Source of the DNA: Sphaerodactylus townsendi
Lineage: Eukaryota
Reading direction: 5' to 3'
NCBI RefSeq assembly: GCF_021028975.2
Contig: NC_059435.1
Span: 44,826,001-44,890,000, forward strand
Length of the DNA: 64,000 nucleotides
Numbering within the stretch: position 1 is the first letter of the stretch; each line of letters opens with the position of its first letter. Position numbers and translations under genes: made by a program. Below are positions 50,336 to 62,600 of this stretch, one piece after another. The notes beneath the pieces are model-generated. The model saw nothing but the letters and a program-made list of their open reading frames with translations, searched no databases and had not been told where the DNA came from.

Positions 50336-51914
50336 ACCTAGTGGAATGCTCTGTCTAATGAGACCTGGGCCTTGCAAGATCTATCTCAATTCCACAGGGC
50401 CTGTAAGATGAAGATCTCTGCCAGGCCTATAGTTGAAGGCAGCAATGGGTTTGCTCTTCCTTGGTTGGCCTCCCTGCTCCTCCCTTTCTGTTCTTTGGAT
50501 TGATTATGTGGTATGGTGTTAAGGGGAATGTTTCAAGTTTTAAATTATTCCATCTTCAGTTGAGGTTTTTAAGGTATCATGAGGAAGTGTGTATGGTTTC
50601 AATTTCAATTTATACCCTGCCTTATCCCCAAAAGGCTCAGGGTGGCTAACATGATAAAACAGTACAATATAATAGAATAATCAATAATAACAATAATAAT
50701 GCATTAAGAAATAAGACCAAAATACTCAAATGGCGACTTAAACATAGCAATCGAAATTCATTGAAATGCTGTCAGAAACTGCTCTGAGCCTGCTGTATCA
50801 GGGAGAGAAGGATAAAATCAGATTGTGACAGGCAACAAACAAACAAATAAAACAGAGCCTCTGTCACTGAGCCATCGGCACTCCCATAAAGGAACAACGG
50901 GCACTCCCATAAAGGAGATGTGGACATATATAATATTGTTGCCTGTCAGAGTTATGGCTTTCAGTACCAGAATCAGAATAATACAACTAATAGTATAGAT
51001 TGTCGTATCCACTATAAGTACTGTAACTGTACAGTAAACTGATTAAACAAACTGATTTTCCAATGTATTCAAATCTACAAATTGCATTTTCTTCTATGAA
51101 AAGTCTAAAATACTTTTTTCTCATTTTCTAAATATAGCCATTGGGACTCCTTTTTTTAGACAAGGAGGGCTCTTTAATGTTTGCTGCTCTGCTGGTTTCC
51201 TGAGGATGGGAAAAATAAACCACTGTCAAGCTGTATTCAACTCTGCTGGTGAAAACTAGTAATTTTCACAGCCTGAATAAAACTGACTAAAGGGTGATAC
51301 TTTTTCAACAGGAAAATAGAAAGATAGAAAAGAGTTGAAAAGACCCCAAGTTGTCTCCTTGAAAAAAAATCTAGCAGCTGCATTTAGGAAAATGTTCTTA
51401 ATCACAGTACAAAATGCAACATGTAATTTGAGCATTGGAGTCAAAAGATCTGGGAAGTTCAGATGTTGTAACACTGCTGAAAGCTTAACATGTACTCTAA
51501 AGGGGATACATCACATACATGACTGGTGATATCCCATGAAGACAAGTTGTCCAAAAACTAGACACAGGGAGAACAAGTTCAAGAGCCAAAGGGAAATCTA
51601 GAACTGTCACTCTACCTCAATCTGGAATGGGCTGGCCAGGAACCAGGATAGTAATGAATACTGTTGGGCCAGCCAGGCACCCAAAATCCAGACCTGAAAT
51701 ATCCCAGGGAATAAACCTTAGCAGCTTATCAGGTTTTCTAAGTATTCGGCTTGGGAGATTTTGTTGCAACTTATATTTGGGGACAGATAAAACCCAGAAA
51801 AGCCAAATTAGGCTTTTCGGGGAGTTTGCTAATTTGGCTTTATTGAATAACCAAGCCTAATACATAATGCATGGAAGCCTGTACACCATATGACTGGATT
51901 CAAAGGGGAAAAAA

Positions 51915-52105
51915 GTTTGAGTCCAGTAGCACCTATAACATCAACAAAATTACATTCTTGGTATAAACTTTCAAGTGCATGCAAATTGAAGTGTGCATGC
52001 AAATGGAAATTTATACCAAGAATAAAATTTGGCTGGTCTTACAGGTGCTGCTGGATTGAAACATTTTTTTTGCTACTTCAAAGCCACATGGCTACCCACC
52101 TGACT
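51915..52105. mobile_element. Old Penelope-like inverted terminal fragment
   Basis: tccagtagcacct...ttcttggtataaa / tttataccaagaa...aggtgctgctgga fold-back. Confidence 0.5.
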
Positions 52106-52200
52106 GGATCCAAAGGCACCTTTCCTTGAATGAGCAAAGTGAAAGCAACTGTATCATTTGATTCAGTCATATATTGTTAATGCACAAGTATTCCCTATTT

Positions 52201-52716
52201 CAGTGGTGGCAAACCTATGGCATGGGTACCAGAAATGGCACTCAGAGCCGTCTCTGTGGGCACACGAAACAGAGTCGCCCCCATCTCCCCTCACACATCT
52301 AGGATGGCCTGGGCTGCTGGGCTCGATTATTAGCATTAAACCTAAGACCTAGTTTTGGGGAAGCAGTATGGTTAACCCTGTTAAGCGCTGTTAAACCCCA
52401 CTGATTTTCATGCGAAGAATGAAAGTGCAATCCTTTACCTGGGAGTAAGCTTGGTTGCTGGCAATGGGCTTGCTTCTGAGTAAACTCTCCTAGGGTTATG
52501 ATTCACCCATTGGAAGAGTTGCACGGTTGCTTCAAAGCAAAGCCACCGACTACCACCAAGCTTATTCCCGAGTAACACACGCCTCGGAGCCAACCGTTTT
52601 TTCTAAACTAAAACCTCCGAATTCAGGTTAAATTGCCATGTTGGCGCTTTGCGATAAATAAGTGGGTTTTGGGTTGCAGTTTGGGCACTCGGTCTCGAAA
52701 AGGTTCGCCATCACTG
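52201..52716 (-). mobile_element. hAT non-autonomous DNA transposon, same family as 23247-23753, opposite orientation
   Basis: TIRs cagtggtggcaaacct / aggttcgccatcactg. Perfect 8-bp TSD ccctattt. Confidence 0.92.
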
Positions 52717-52738
52717 CCCTATTTGCATCCATGCGCAC

Positions 52739-52885
52739 CTTCAGATGTTTAAGGGCTTGTTCTGCAACCAGCTCTTCCTTCTTGTTCCACTCCACAGCGT
52801 TCATTATGCAAGTCCACAGGAGTCCAATCACGGCTGGTTCTGGCAGATCATTTCTCTTCATTTCTTCTTTTACATAAAGCACCAT
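52739..52885 (-). CDS. BZW2: BZW2 exon ([49 protein letters not shown])
   Basis: ttgcag|ATG GTG...CTG AAG|gtgcgc. 147 bp, inside ORF 52628..52936. Confidence 0.97.
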
Positions 52886-53472
52886 CTGCAATGAAAGACA
52901 GATACAACAAAGAAAAGCAAAGAAAATCTTGAACACCTCTTTATTTCAAAGTTTTCTGGCAGCAGGCATGTGTCCCACAACTCTTTGCTTATCCCTGATG
53001 TACATAAAAGTGAAAAGCTGAAAAAAGGAATCAAAAGAAAGCAAAGCATTTTAGATAAAAGACTAATGTTCACTGCACCTCAAAAATCAGTCAATAAATA
53101 TTATCACGCAGTCACAATTTGGGCTAAAATTAAACCGGAAAGTAACCATTTGAGACTGGCCTGGGGATACCCAAAATGATCCAAATACTCAGAATTCTGG
53201 GAACAGAAAAAGTTAACTCCTAGAATTTCAAAAAGACTTGAGTTTCAAGACTAAGGAGGGAGAGAGATTAAATGAGCCCTGGGGAAATAGCTGTTTGGTG
53301 GCATCTGGTCCCTTTACATTCTAAATGGGTGAGTTCCAATTAACAGCTGATAGTCTCCAACTCTTGACAGCCAGGTCTATCCCCTTCAAGCCCCTTTATA
53401 TATTTAAAATAGAAACAGGAACAACCCAGGACTTACCAGGATAGCATCACTCCAGTGGTGACTCTCCCTTAC

Positions 53473-53643
53473 CTCTTTAATTGGGCATTCCTGAGAAAGA
53501 CGTTCCTGGAGTTCTTTTTGTAGTTCTTTCCGAGTCCCCAGGGACTGCTGGACTCTGAGGAAATCTGAGAGCTCTTTTAGGCCAGCATCAGTGAAATACT
53601 TGGCAAAATGCTCCACATTCTGCCGATTGGGTGGAAACAGTTC
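53473..53643 (-). CDS. BZW2: BZW2 exon ([57 protein letters not shown])
   Basis: ttccag|GAA CTG...AAA GAG|gtaagg. 171 bp. Confidence 0.97.
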
Positions 53644-54016
53644 CTGGAACAAAAATGTTTTCTTTCTGCATAACGGATTATGTAATTTACAGACTTGGGC
53701 AAGGAGGAAGACTGAATCAGAAGTGACATCACTGCATCAGATCTGCATCAGAAGCAACATCACTGCATTGCTGGCAACCCCCCCCCTCCCACTGCAAGAT
53801 GAGATTCCCACCATTTGGGCTGGCAATCTTATGATGTCAAGTACATGGTAACAAATGACAAGTGGAGCTGCAACAGGGAACAAAAGAGAAGCTACTACAC
53901 CAAGGCAAAGACAAAAATACAAGAATGCCAAATATGTTGCATTTAATGTGAAACACAAAACACAAATGTGTATACCCACCCCCAAGAAATGCAAAAACAA
54001 GTGCATTAGTCTAACA

Positions 54017-54126
54017 CAGGGGTCTGCAACCTGTGGCTCGCCAGATGTTCATGGACTACAAATCCCATCACCCCCTGCCAGCATGGCCAATTGGAACATC
54101 TGGAGAGCCACAGGTTGCAGACCCCT
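54017..54126. mobile_element. Palindromic hAT MITE with right-arm deletion
   Basis: TIRs caggggtctgcaacctgtggctc / gagccacaggttgcagacccct. Partial TSD (gt)ctaaca. Confidence 0.8.
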
Positions 54127-54484
54127 CTAACACATCAAAGTTCCATAACAGAATCACTGTTGAGTCAACTGATCTTTAGTCCAAATCTTATGACGTTACC
54201 AGCATGCTGTCCACTATTGGTAGCTGTGGATCATGTTACTGTGTTTCCAGTTGCTTGAAGTTGGGTGTCTTTGCCATTTATTAGCTCCACTGGGAAAGCG
54301 TAAGATGTAGAACAGGAATTCTGGTGCCCTGCCAATATTAGTAATGCACTGCTACTTGGAATTTAGGATTGAACTGTCAAAGTATTCCCAGATTTTAGCA
54401 GGAGCCAGGCTGTATGCAGAAGTGAGAAGCCTGCATCCATTTCACATTGCTTAGCAGTCAAATATTTTAAAAGCACATACTTAC

Positions 54485-54594
54485 TAGTAACCTCTTGTCC
54501 AAGTTAGCTTTCCTTAAGGAGGAGGTAACTGAATTGGCATCTTTCTCTAGCATCCATGCTTTAAAAAGCTTTACAGCAAATGAGGCGGCAATAC
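54485..54594 (-). CDS. BZW2: BZW2 exon ([37 protein letters not shown])
   Basis: ccacag|GT ATT...TTA CTA|gtaagt. 110 bp. Confidence 0.97.
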
Positions 54595-55082
54595 CTGTGG
54601 GGAAAAATAAAGAATAAAAACAAAGCAAGCTGCTGTACAGCTATACACTTTCAGTGTACAGACAACTGCTTAACAGTTGTCAACCTGAAAGCAATAAAAT
54701 GTTGACATTACAGGCTGTTTTGCATAGTAAGACATTATGGACCTAAGGGATATGACCTACTAAAATCCAAGTGTCTGAAGTACATGCAAAAGAGGATTAT
54801 GGGCCAAGGCAAATAAAAAAGGTAATTATACCACCACACAATAGGTTTCCAATGTATGTGCAATTTCAAAACAAACAAATGAAAGTCAATCATATATCTA
54901 CTGAAATGGCTATATTTTTCACAGATACCAGTTACAGACTTCTGTTTTGCTTCTGTTTGAAGTATTCAACATAGGAATACATTAAACTCTCTTCAACTAG
55001 ATAAAAGCACCCAGTTATGGGAAGGCGCTAGGGAATTCCACTGAATGTTTTTAGAAATAGGTATAAATACCTGGACGATCAA

Positions 55083-55814
55083 CAGTGCAATCCTGAGGCT
55101 GGGGGTACTTGCGCCATGGCATGGAATGGCACAGCTGCAGCAGAGCCACGCCAATTCCTCAGAAACTTGCTGTGCGCTGCTGCCAGCCAGTCAACAGCAA
55201 TGCTGCCACTTCCCCCTGAAAGTAGCCTATGCAGCAAAATGAACTGCACCACTGATTTTACTGTTCTTAATCCGCACCAGCAAATGGGGCATTCCCAGGC
55301 TGAAAGGGCTCAGTGAGCTGACTAAAGTTGGCCCTACCCCCAGGAATGCTCCTTTCAACACCAGCAGAGGCTCCGGAGCTGAAGGACGAAGAGTTTGGAT
55401 TCACATCTCAGTTTTCTCAACCATAAGGAGTCTCAAAGCAGCTTACAAACTCCTTCCCTTCCTCTCCCCACAACAGGCACCTTGTGAGGTAGGTGGGACT
55501 GAGTTCTGAAAGGAGTGTGGCTAGCCCAACGTCACCCAGCAGGCTTTATATGTAGAAGGGGGGGAACAAATCCAGTTCACCAGATGAGAGATCCCCATTC
55601 ATGTGGAGGACAGGGAATCAAGTTCTCCGCAGCGCTTAACCACTACACCATGCTGGCGTCTGAGTATTGTGCCACTGAAAGGCTCCCCATCCCAGAAGAA
55701 GTGCCTCTGCACTGACATAAATGCCCCTTATGCCAGTCCAAGTGGCATTTATGCCAGCACGTGCTCACCCCACCTCTTAAGCAGTTTCACCTGCCTCCCA
55801 TCAGGATTGCGCTG
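55083..55814. mobile_element. Harbinger-like element containing a nested SINE (about 55385-55657, minus strand)
   Basis: 14-bp TIRs cagtgcaatcctga / tcaggattgcgctg. The nested SINE is related to the + copy at about 58611-58800. Confidence 0.65.
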
Positions 55815-56689
55815 CAGATCTCTTATCCTACAAAACCACAGTGGAGCGAAATAGCAGGTTTTAGATGCAGGAACCGGGCAGTGGAGTTGCCATGGTAATC
55901 ATCTGTTGAGAATGATTAAAATGTACCTTGCTATTCCATTCTTAGAATCTTTTCTACGTGGCTGAGGTGGGAAGCTCAACATAAATATATACTATGGTCT
56001 CAAGAAGCCTCCCCTTTGCCCCATCCAGGATTTTTCATTTGGGGTAGAACTCACTGTCATTATAGTTTGAGATGCACTCCATATTAAGGCAGAGGCTCTC
56101 GACACACATGCAGAAATCAGTTGGATGCACTTCTAGTAAACCTGATTAGAAACCAGGTAAAAGGGTCAAATCAGATATGATGCAGCATTAGAATATCCCA
56201 TTGCATTGCGATTTAAAAAAAAAACCACACAAACTCATTTGCAATTCTACATGGCTCATTTGAAGATTAAGAATACTGGGTTGGGAAGGGGCTGCTGATC
56301 CCTTCCCTCCTGTGCTGCCCTCCCATCTGCCTAAAGCTGCAATTAGTTTGATGGGAATGGGAGAAGCAAGCCAGTCAGGTACAATAAATGAGCAGAGAAC
56401 ACCTTCCCCCATGCCTTCCTACTGGACTCCATGAGTGCTCAAATGTTGCCCATGTCCCAGAGTGGGTTTAATGTGAGGCTCAGCTGGAAGCCATATCGCT
56501 TTCTGGAGAACGCCAACACCCACTGCTTTAAGACATTTGTTCTCCTTTCAAGCTTTGTTCAAATTAGGACACTCAACAATAGGTCTTGTAATACTCTCCT
56601 TCTGTTCCTCTATAGATGAGACCTCTCATCCCTCTAGCCAAAGCAGCATAAAGAAGAACAAGCATTGTACCATGAAGGGAAAAAATTAC

Positions 56690-56825
56690 CTTCTTTGACA
56701 ATGTTGTCAGTAAAAAGGCTTGTTAAAATAGTAGCAGGGAGCGTTCCATTGGCTAACAGGATACCAGTGAGCATTGCCAGCTTTGTCTGCTCTGTTTCAG
56801 AAAAGGCTTTAAGGAATAACAGGAG
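56690..56825 (-). CDS. BZW2: BZW2 exon ([45 protein letters not shown])
   Basis: tttcag|CTC CTG...GAA G|gtaatt. 136 bp. Confidence 0.97.
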
Positions 56826-58821
56826 CTGAAAGATGCGGGAGGGAAATAAAGACAGCTTTGAATATTCAGATTTTAAACCCACCTTACCCAACCCAGTCTT
56901 CCCAAGCTATCTTGAAATGCCAGCTCCATTGGTGTTACTAGCAGTCTCATAAAGGCAGCTCAGGGATAGCAAAGCCTCATCTGAGGGTTGCATGGTTACA
57001 TCCATCCAGGTAGAATGGTTAGAAAGTCAGACTAGGATCTGGTAGATCCAGATTCAGATCCCCTGGTCTGCCTTGAAGGTTGCTGGGTGACCTTGATTTG
57101 TCTGGGAAACAAGACTAAAATGCACTAAATTAATAAACCACATACATGAACATTGCTTATCCATGACCCTGACTATTATTTGAACAGGAGAGCTACAAGG
57201 AATACCAGAGGCATGACATGGAGGCAGGCAAAGGCAAACCATTACCAAACGTCTCTTGCCTTGAAAACCAATGGGGTTGCACTCAGCTGTGACTTGACAG
57301 CAAAAAACAAAACAAAACACCATGAACATGCAATACTGCCCTTAAAAGAAAATTTTCACTCTGAAACAATGATCTTGAAACCGATGGGAAGTTTATCAGA
57401 AGTTATTTATTGGACAGGCTTGGTCTACAAAAGAAAGCATGTTGCGCAAGGGGAAAAAAGCAAAAGAACATTTAAAGATCCAATCTTAGGAAAGGGATCT
57501 GAACTCTCTGAAAAGAACCATAAACGTCATAATAATGAGTTAATTATCAATCTTCTAAGGAATAAAAAGCAGCCATAAAAAGAACATCTTTTTCTTTTGT
57601 ATTGAAAAAAAAGTAAAACTTAATGGCTGTATAGTTCAATGAACTTGATCCCGTAACCTCTTCAATTAGTAGGAAGACCTCAATAAATTGATCTAACTCA
57701 ATAAAATATGTTACCCAGTGGATGGGTATTCAGTGTGGTATGATGGTTCTTGGACTAGAATCTAGGAGATCCTACTGCTTTGCCTTCAAATCCTACTGGA
57801 TTTAGCCTTCGAACCAGGAGCCTATCTATTCCTGCACCTATTTTCCTTCTCATGAGAGATAATAATCATATAATATAAACAATATCTGAATTTTTGGCAT
57901 CAGACAACACTGGAATATCTTTCTATTTACATATGAAATAATTTTCATTTTGTTCAAAATATATCATTTTGTTCCTTGCTCAATTGTTAAGCATAGCCCA
58001 AATTAGGTTCTGGGAGAAAATTCCAATTCTAATTACCCCACTTAGGACTTTTCATGAAATGAACATGATGTTCAGTTCCAAGCGGTTATTATAACCAACT
58101 TGCGACACAGACTTCTTTCAGAGTTTTTACTTGCCTATTATAGTTTCAGTTATTAGATCTGCAGAGTTCATCCTGAAACACTGAAGTAATTCAGAAGAGT
58201 TCCTTACCTCCCCTTCCACCAATTTATCTGCTATCAGATAAGCACCAGGATAGCTATATGTACTACAAAGGCCAATTGCGTTTAGGAAAAGCAACATGCC
58301 CAGTTCCAATTTCAGTGTCACATTCCAGGAGTGTTTGAACACTTACTTTTTTGCAAGAGGAGTTCCAAATAGTGACATATTATGATTTGTTGCAATAAGC
58401 TTCTAGTCCTTTTCTTACATTACAAAAAAACCCATATCTGACAATTGAAAATTCATTATAACTTCAATAGCACAAACAACTCCATAAGCGTTAGATCAGA
58501 TCCTATTTTTTCTTCTTTGGGAATAGAGAAGGCTTGCTCAATTCCTTAAGTTTTATTTTTATTGCCTAAACATGGCAGCAGGCGGGAACCAGTGCTAAAC
58601 TTGATGTATGCGGTGTGCTGGCTAGAATATCAAACTAGGAACTTGGAGACCTAGGTATGAATCCCCATTCTGCCATAGAAACTCACTGGGTGACCTTTGG
58701 CTGGTCACTCTCAGTCTCAACTACCTCACAAGATGGTTGTTGCTAGGAGAGGAGAACAATGTTGTAAGCTGCTCTGGGTTAGGGGAAAATGCAGGGTATA
58801 CATAATATCTAAGTAAAGAGC

Positions 58822-58857
58822 CACGGCCACACAGCCCGGAAAACCCTCCAGAACCAG
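58822..58857 (+). mobile_element. 36-bp Penelope-like micro-insertion with perfect 13-bp TSD
   Basis: ctaagtaaagagc at 58809-58821 and 58858-58870. The insert matches 24053-24087. Confidence 0.75.
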
Positions 58858-59130
58858 CTAAGTAAAGAGCGTTTATTAAAACATTGAAAAATTGGGATGG
58901 GGAAAGAGAACTCTGCAGGAATCCTCAAAAAGAAAAAAAAATCAAAGCATGTAAAAGGCCCACTTGCCCTGCTCTATATTATTTAACGACATTTTTTGTT
59001 GTAAGCTTTCATAGACAATAACCTCCTTCACCAGAGAAATAAAACTGATGTTGGTCCAAAATACCCATGATGTGAGCTGCAGTAAAGTACAGAAAAGCAA
59101 GACAAAATACACATCTGAATTGGCCTATGT

Positions 59131-59278
59131 CTGTGGTGGAGAACCTATGGCACTCCAGATGTTCAAGAACTACAATTCCCATCAGCCCCTGCCAGCATGG
59201 TCAATTGGCCATGCTGGCAGGGGCTGATGGGAATTGTAGTCCATGAACATCTGGAGTGCCATAGGTTCGCCATCACTG
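59131..59278. mobile_element. 148-bp fully palindromic hAT MITE
   Basis: Near-perfect fold-back centred on caattg. TIR shared with the 23247/52201 family. Perfect TSD gcctatgt. Confidence 0.93.
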
Positions 59279-59532
59279 GCCTATGTAGACCACATAATTA
59301 AATAGTGATAAAAGGATGGTGCTCTCTCTTCTCTGTGATGGGGATTGGCCCAGTGGAAAACAGTGCTTGGAATGCTTATTTCTCTCCATCAATGGATTGT
59401 GTTATGGTTCAACCTGGCTTGATGGGGTATGGAATGTAATGGGTGCTGTAAACATACATATTTCAGTACACGGCATACAAAATGCTACTCTGGACTTAAA
59501 ACTGACAGTGCCACTTATCACTTGGATACAAA

Positions 59533-59673
59533 GGCTCATTCCGCACATGCAGAATAATGCACTTTCAAACTGCTTTCAGTGCTCTTTGAAGCTGTGTGGA
59601 ATGGCAAACTCCACTTGCAAACAGTTGTGAAAGTGGTTTGAAAACGCATTATTTTGCGTGTGCGGAAGGGGCC
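59533..59673 (+). mobile_element. 141-bp PIF/Harbinger MITE
   Basis: ggctcattccgcac...gtgcggaaggggcc, 3-bp TSD AAA. Confidence 0.85.
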
Positions 59674-62600
59674 AAAGAGAATTAGAACAGACTGTTTTGC
59701 TCACATATGCATATATAGAAGAATGCTGTTCTTGGCTGAACCATCTCAAGCTTCCCACTATGTACTCTGAAGAACAAGAGTATTTCTTTTTTGGCACCAG
59801 CTAAACAGCATCTCTGTATATAACTGAGTAAGCCTTTGGCCGGGTGGTGACGACTCACTCCCAGCCAATCCCCGATGCCTTACTCCAGCCAATTGCTGTA
59901 TACATGAATGAGGTCAGGACAGCTGCAGTACACATGGCTTGGGGACAAGGCATGAGTGAAGGCTCCAATGGCTGAACTGGTTTGAGCATGACAGGCCGCT
60001 AAAACTGCCATTTGCTGGCTGCCTTCCCGTCTACCATTTTCCATTTGATGGCGGACTTGCCTCATAACCGAAAGGTGTATTTTCTTTCCCGCCTGTCCTT
60101 CCTTCTTCCACCTGTTTCCTTCCCTCAGACCGCATTTTTCTTTCCCTCCCTCACCCTTCCTTCCTCCACCTGTTTCTTTTCCACAGACCCCATAGGTGAC
60201 TGCCTTTTTTCTTTCTGTCACTCTCTTCATACATCCATCTGCTGTGAACATGCATCAGAAACAGAGGAGACAAACCAAGGGCAGTGCAGAGCCAAAACAC
60301 ATGGGGGAAAGGATGGACAGCTGTCACTCCCCCCCCCCCATCCTCTTTTAAGAGCCAACAAGCAGCCGCTTCCTCACCCTTGCTCCTCCAGCGCTCCAGC
60401 ATCCCCAGCAACACCCTTCCTGCCTCACTTTCGTTACACCTTCCAAGGAGAAGCCGGGGGGGGGGGTGCCCAGAAGAGGACCAAGCTTCTCAAGCAAGCT
60501 GCAGGGTCCTGGGAGACATGGAGTGAGTTTAACTGGGGAGGAACAAGCATAGCCAGGTGACTCCATGGAAAATCCTGAGCAGCTTCAGTCCATGCAGATG
60601 TGCATCTGCGTGCTTGAGGAGTGTCTATGAGAGTGAGTGAGTGATCCAGTGCGTGGATGCCCCTGCCCCTGCCCTTCAAGTCCAGTGCCTGCCTCCAAGC
60701 CAGGGCTTTGGATGTTCACCTTCTCAGAAATGAGGTTGCTAATCTCACTATTCCTTGCTAATGAAAGCTGTGTCTTTTTTGTCCCCCTTTTCCTTGCCTG
60801 ACACCCCAGGGAGATGTTTACGGTAATGAATCCACTTCACAGCCAAGATGCAACAAAGGGGAGGTCAGAAAGGGAGAGACAGAGAGGATCTGGGGGTGTA
60901 AATGAATGTATGTGTGAGCAAGAGACAAAGAAAGAAGCAGGCAGAGAAGGAGAGAGAGCACAAAATAGCCAACATTGGCCAGGGGGAAGAAAGACAGGAG
61001 CATTTGGCCCCCTCAGTGGCCCCCTTAACCCACTAACAGTTTTCTAGAGCCCATTTTATTTGTTCAGAAAATGGGCTTTTCTGCTAGTCAGTCATAATTT
61101 ACCAATATCCTTGGTAAATGGGGAGCTATCAAGAATTTCAGGAGGAACAGCAGAGTTTTGTTGCACTAAAGAGCTTTTAAAATACAGCTGTCCACGAGGT
61201 GCTGCATTTCCCGTGCAGATCTCTCCTACAAAAACTTTTATCAGTCATTTTATCATAATGATAAAAGAGAGCAAGGGACCATTAGAATTTTCATGCAGTG
61301 AATGATTTCTACATTAGGTGCTGCTACAGTCTCTTAAAGCAAAGAATCAAACATCTCAGGCACGAAGCATGGGGGAGAGGGGCAGGATCAGCCACTGGTG
61401 ATCAGGGCAGGGATTTTTATCAATTAATTATAAAGAAAATATTTTTGATCGGGATATCTCCTTTTAAAAAAATCATTAATTTTAAAATGGTAAATGGGTA
61501 AGATCAGCAGCTGCCTGTATTTCAGTATTCTCTATTCTGGCAGCCTCTTTGTGGAATGGCCTCATGGAGAAAGTGAAGAAGGCTCCCATAATTCTATCAT
61601 TCCACAGCATGTGTAGATCAGAAGTGTTCAGGAAGGTGACTTTTTAAAGTTGAAGTAGAACTGTTCAAGAGGATGTAAAAGGTCAAGGGATGTCTTTATT
61701 ACATGTGTTATCTTGCTGTATTATTTCGCAACTTTTGTTATTCGGTTTTTGGATTTCTTATATGCCATATTTTCTGCAGTTTTTGTTGCATCGTTTTCTA
61801 ACTTTGAAATCCAGCCTTGCTACACTGTTTATTTATGTCTTATACTCTTCCTACAGCATTATTTGAAATCCATCTTGATCCTCTACAGAAAGGCAGACTT
61901 TAGATTAAATAAATGAAATGCTGACAAATGCATGAATGCCATGCACTTCTTAGAAGAGCCGTTCTTCCTCTTCCCCCACATAGGAGGGAAGGCCGTTTCT
62001 TAGACAGTTCCTGCTGAAAGTATAATCTGTACCTTCCATAAACATGATTCCTCCCCTTTGTATGCATCTTGAAGAATTCTTACATTACATTAAATGCGCG
62101 TATGGCTGAGTATACAATTTAAAACCAAGCATTAATTTGAGTACTGTTTTTTGTGTTATTTTTAAAATGGATGCATGCTGGCTCTTTCTTTCAAGCAGCT
62201 GGCAACATGTAGCTGTGAACTGTATGCATGTTCTTTGAATTGTGCTTACAGAACTTACAGTCCTCAGCTGAAGTAATTTTGGGGGGAACTTTCAGTAAGA
62301 AATTCATGTTTTAGAGAGGCTTCCCAGAAATGTAAATTTGACATATGTCAAGCTATTTCTGTCACTAAACTCCAAGCCCACAGTGTTAAAACAAGATTGC
62401 ATTTACCTACTGTGAGCAGTTTGCCATAACTTTGCTAAGCACCCCCAGCAATTAAGGATCTCCAGTGTTGGGGTGAAGGTAGAAGAGGAAAGGAAAAAGG
62501 ATGGCTTGAACACAGTGAGTCAGGATTACTCATAACAGTACATTACTGTAATTAAAAGTAAAACCAGGTTTGTGCAGTAGGGAGAACTGCACATTTAGTT

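Noticed and set aside
59880-60679. Cluster of 70-180-codon ORFs in a BZW2 intron
   Set aside because: Purine/pyrimidine-skewed low-complexity sequence with no recognisable domains or splice-consistent exon.
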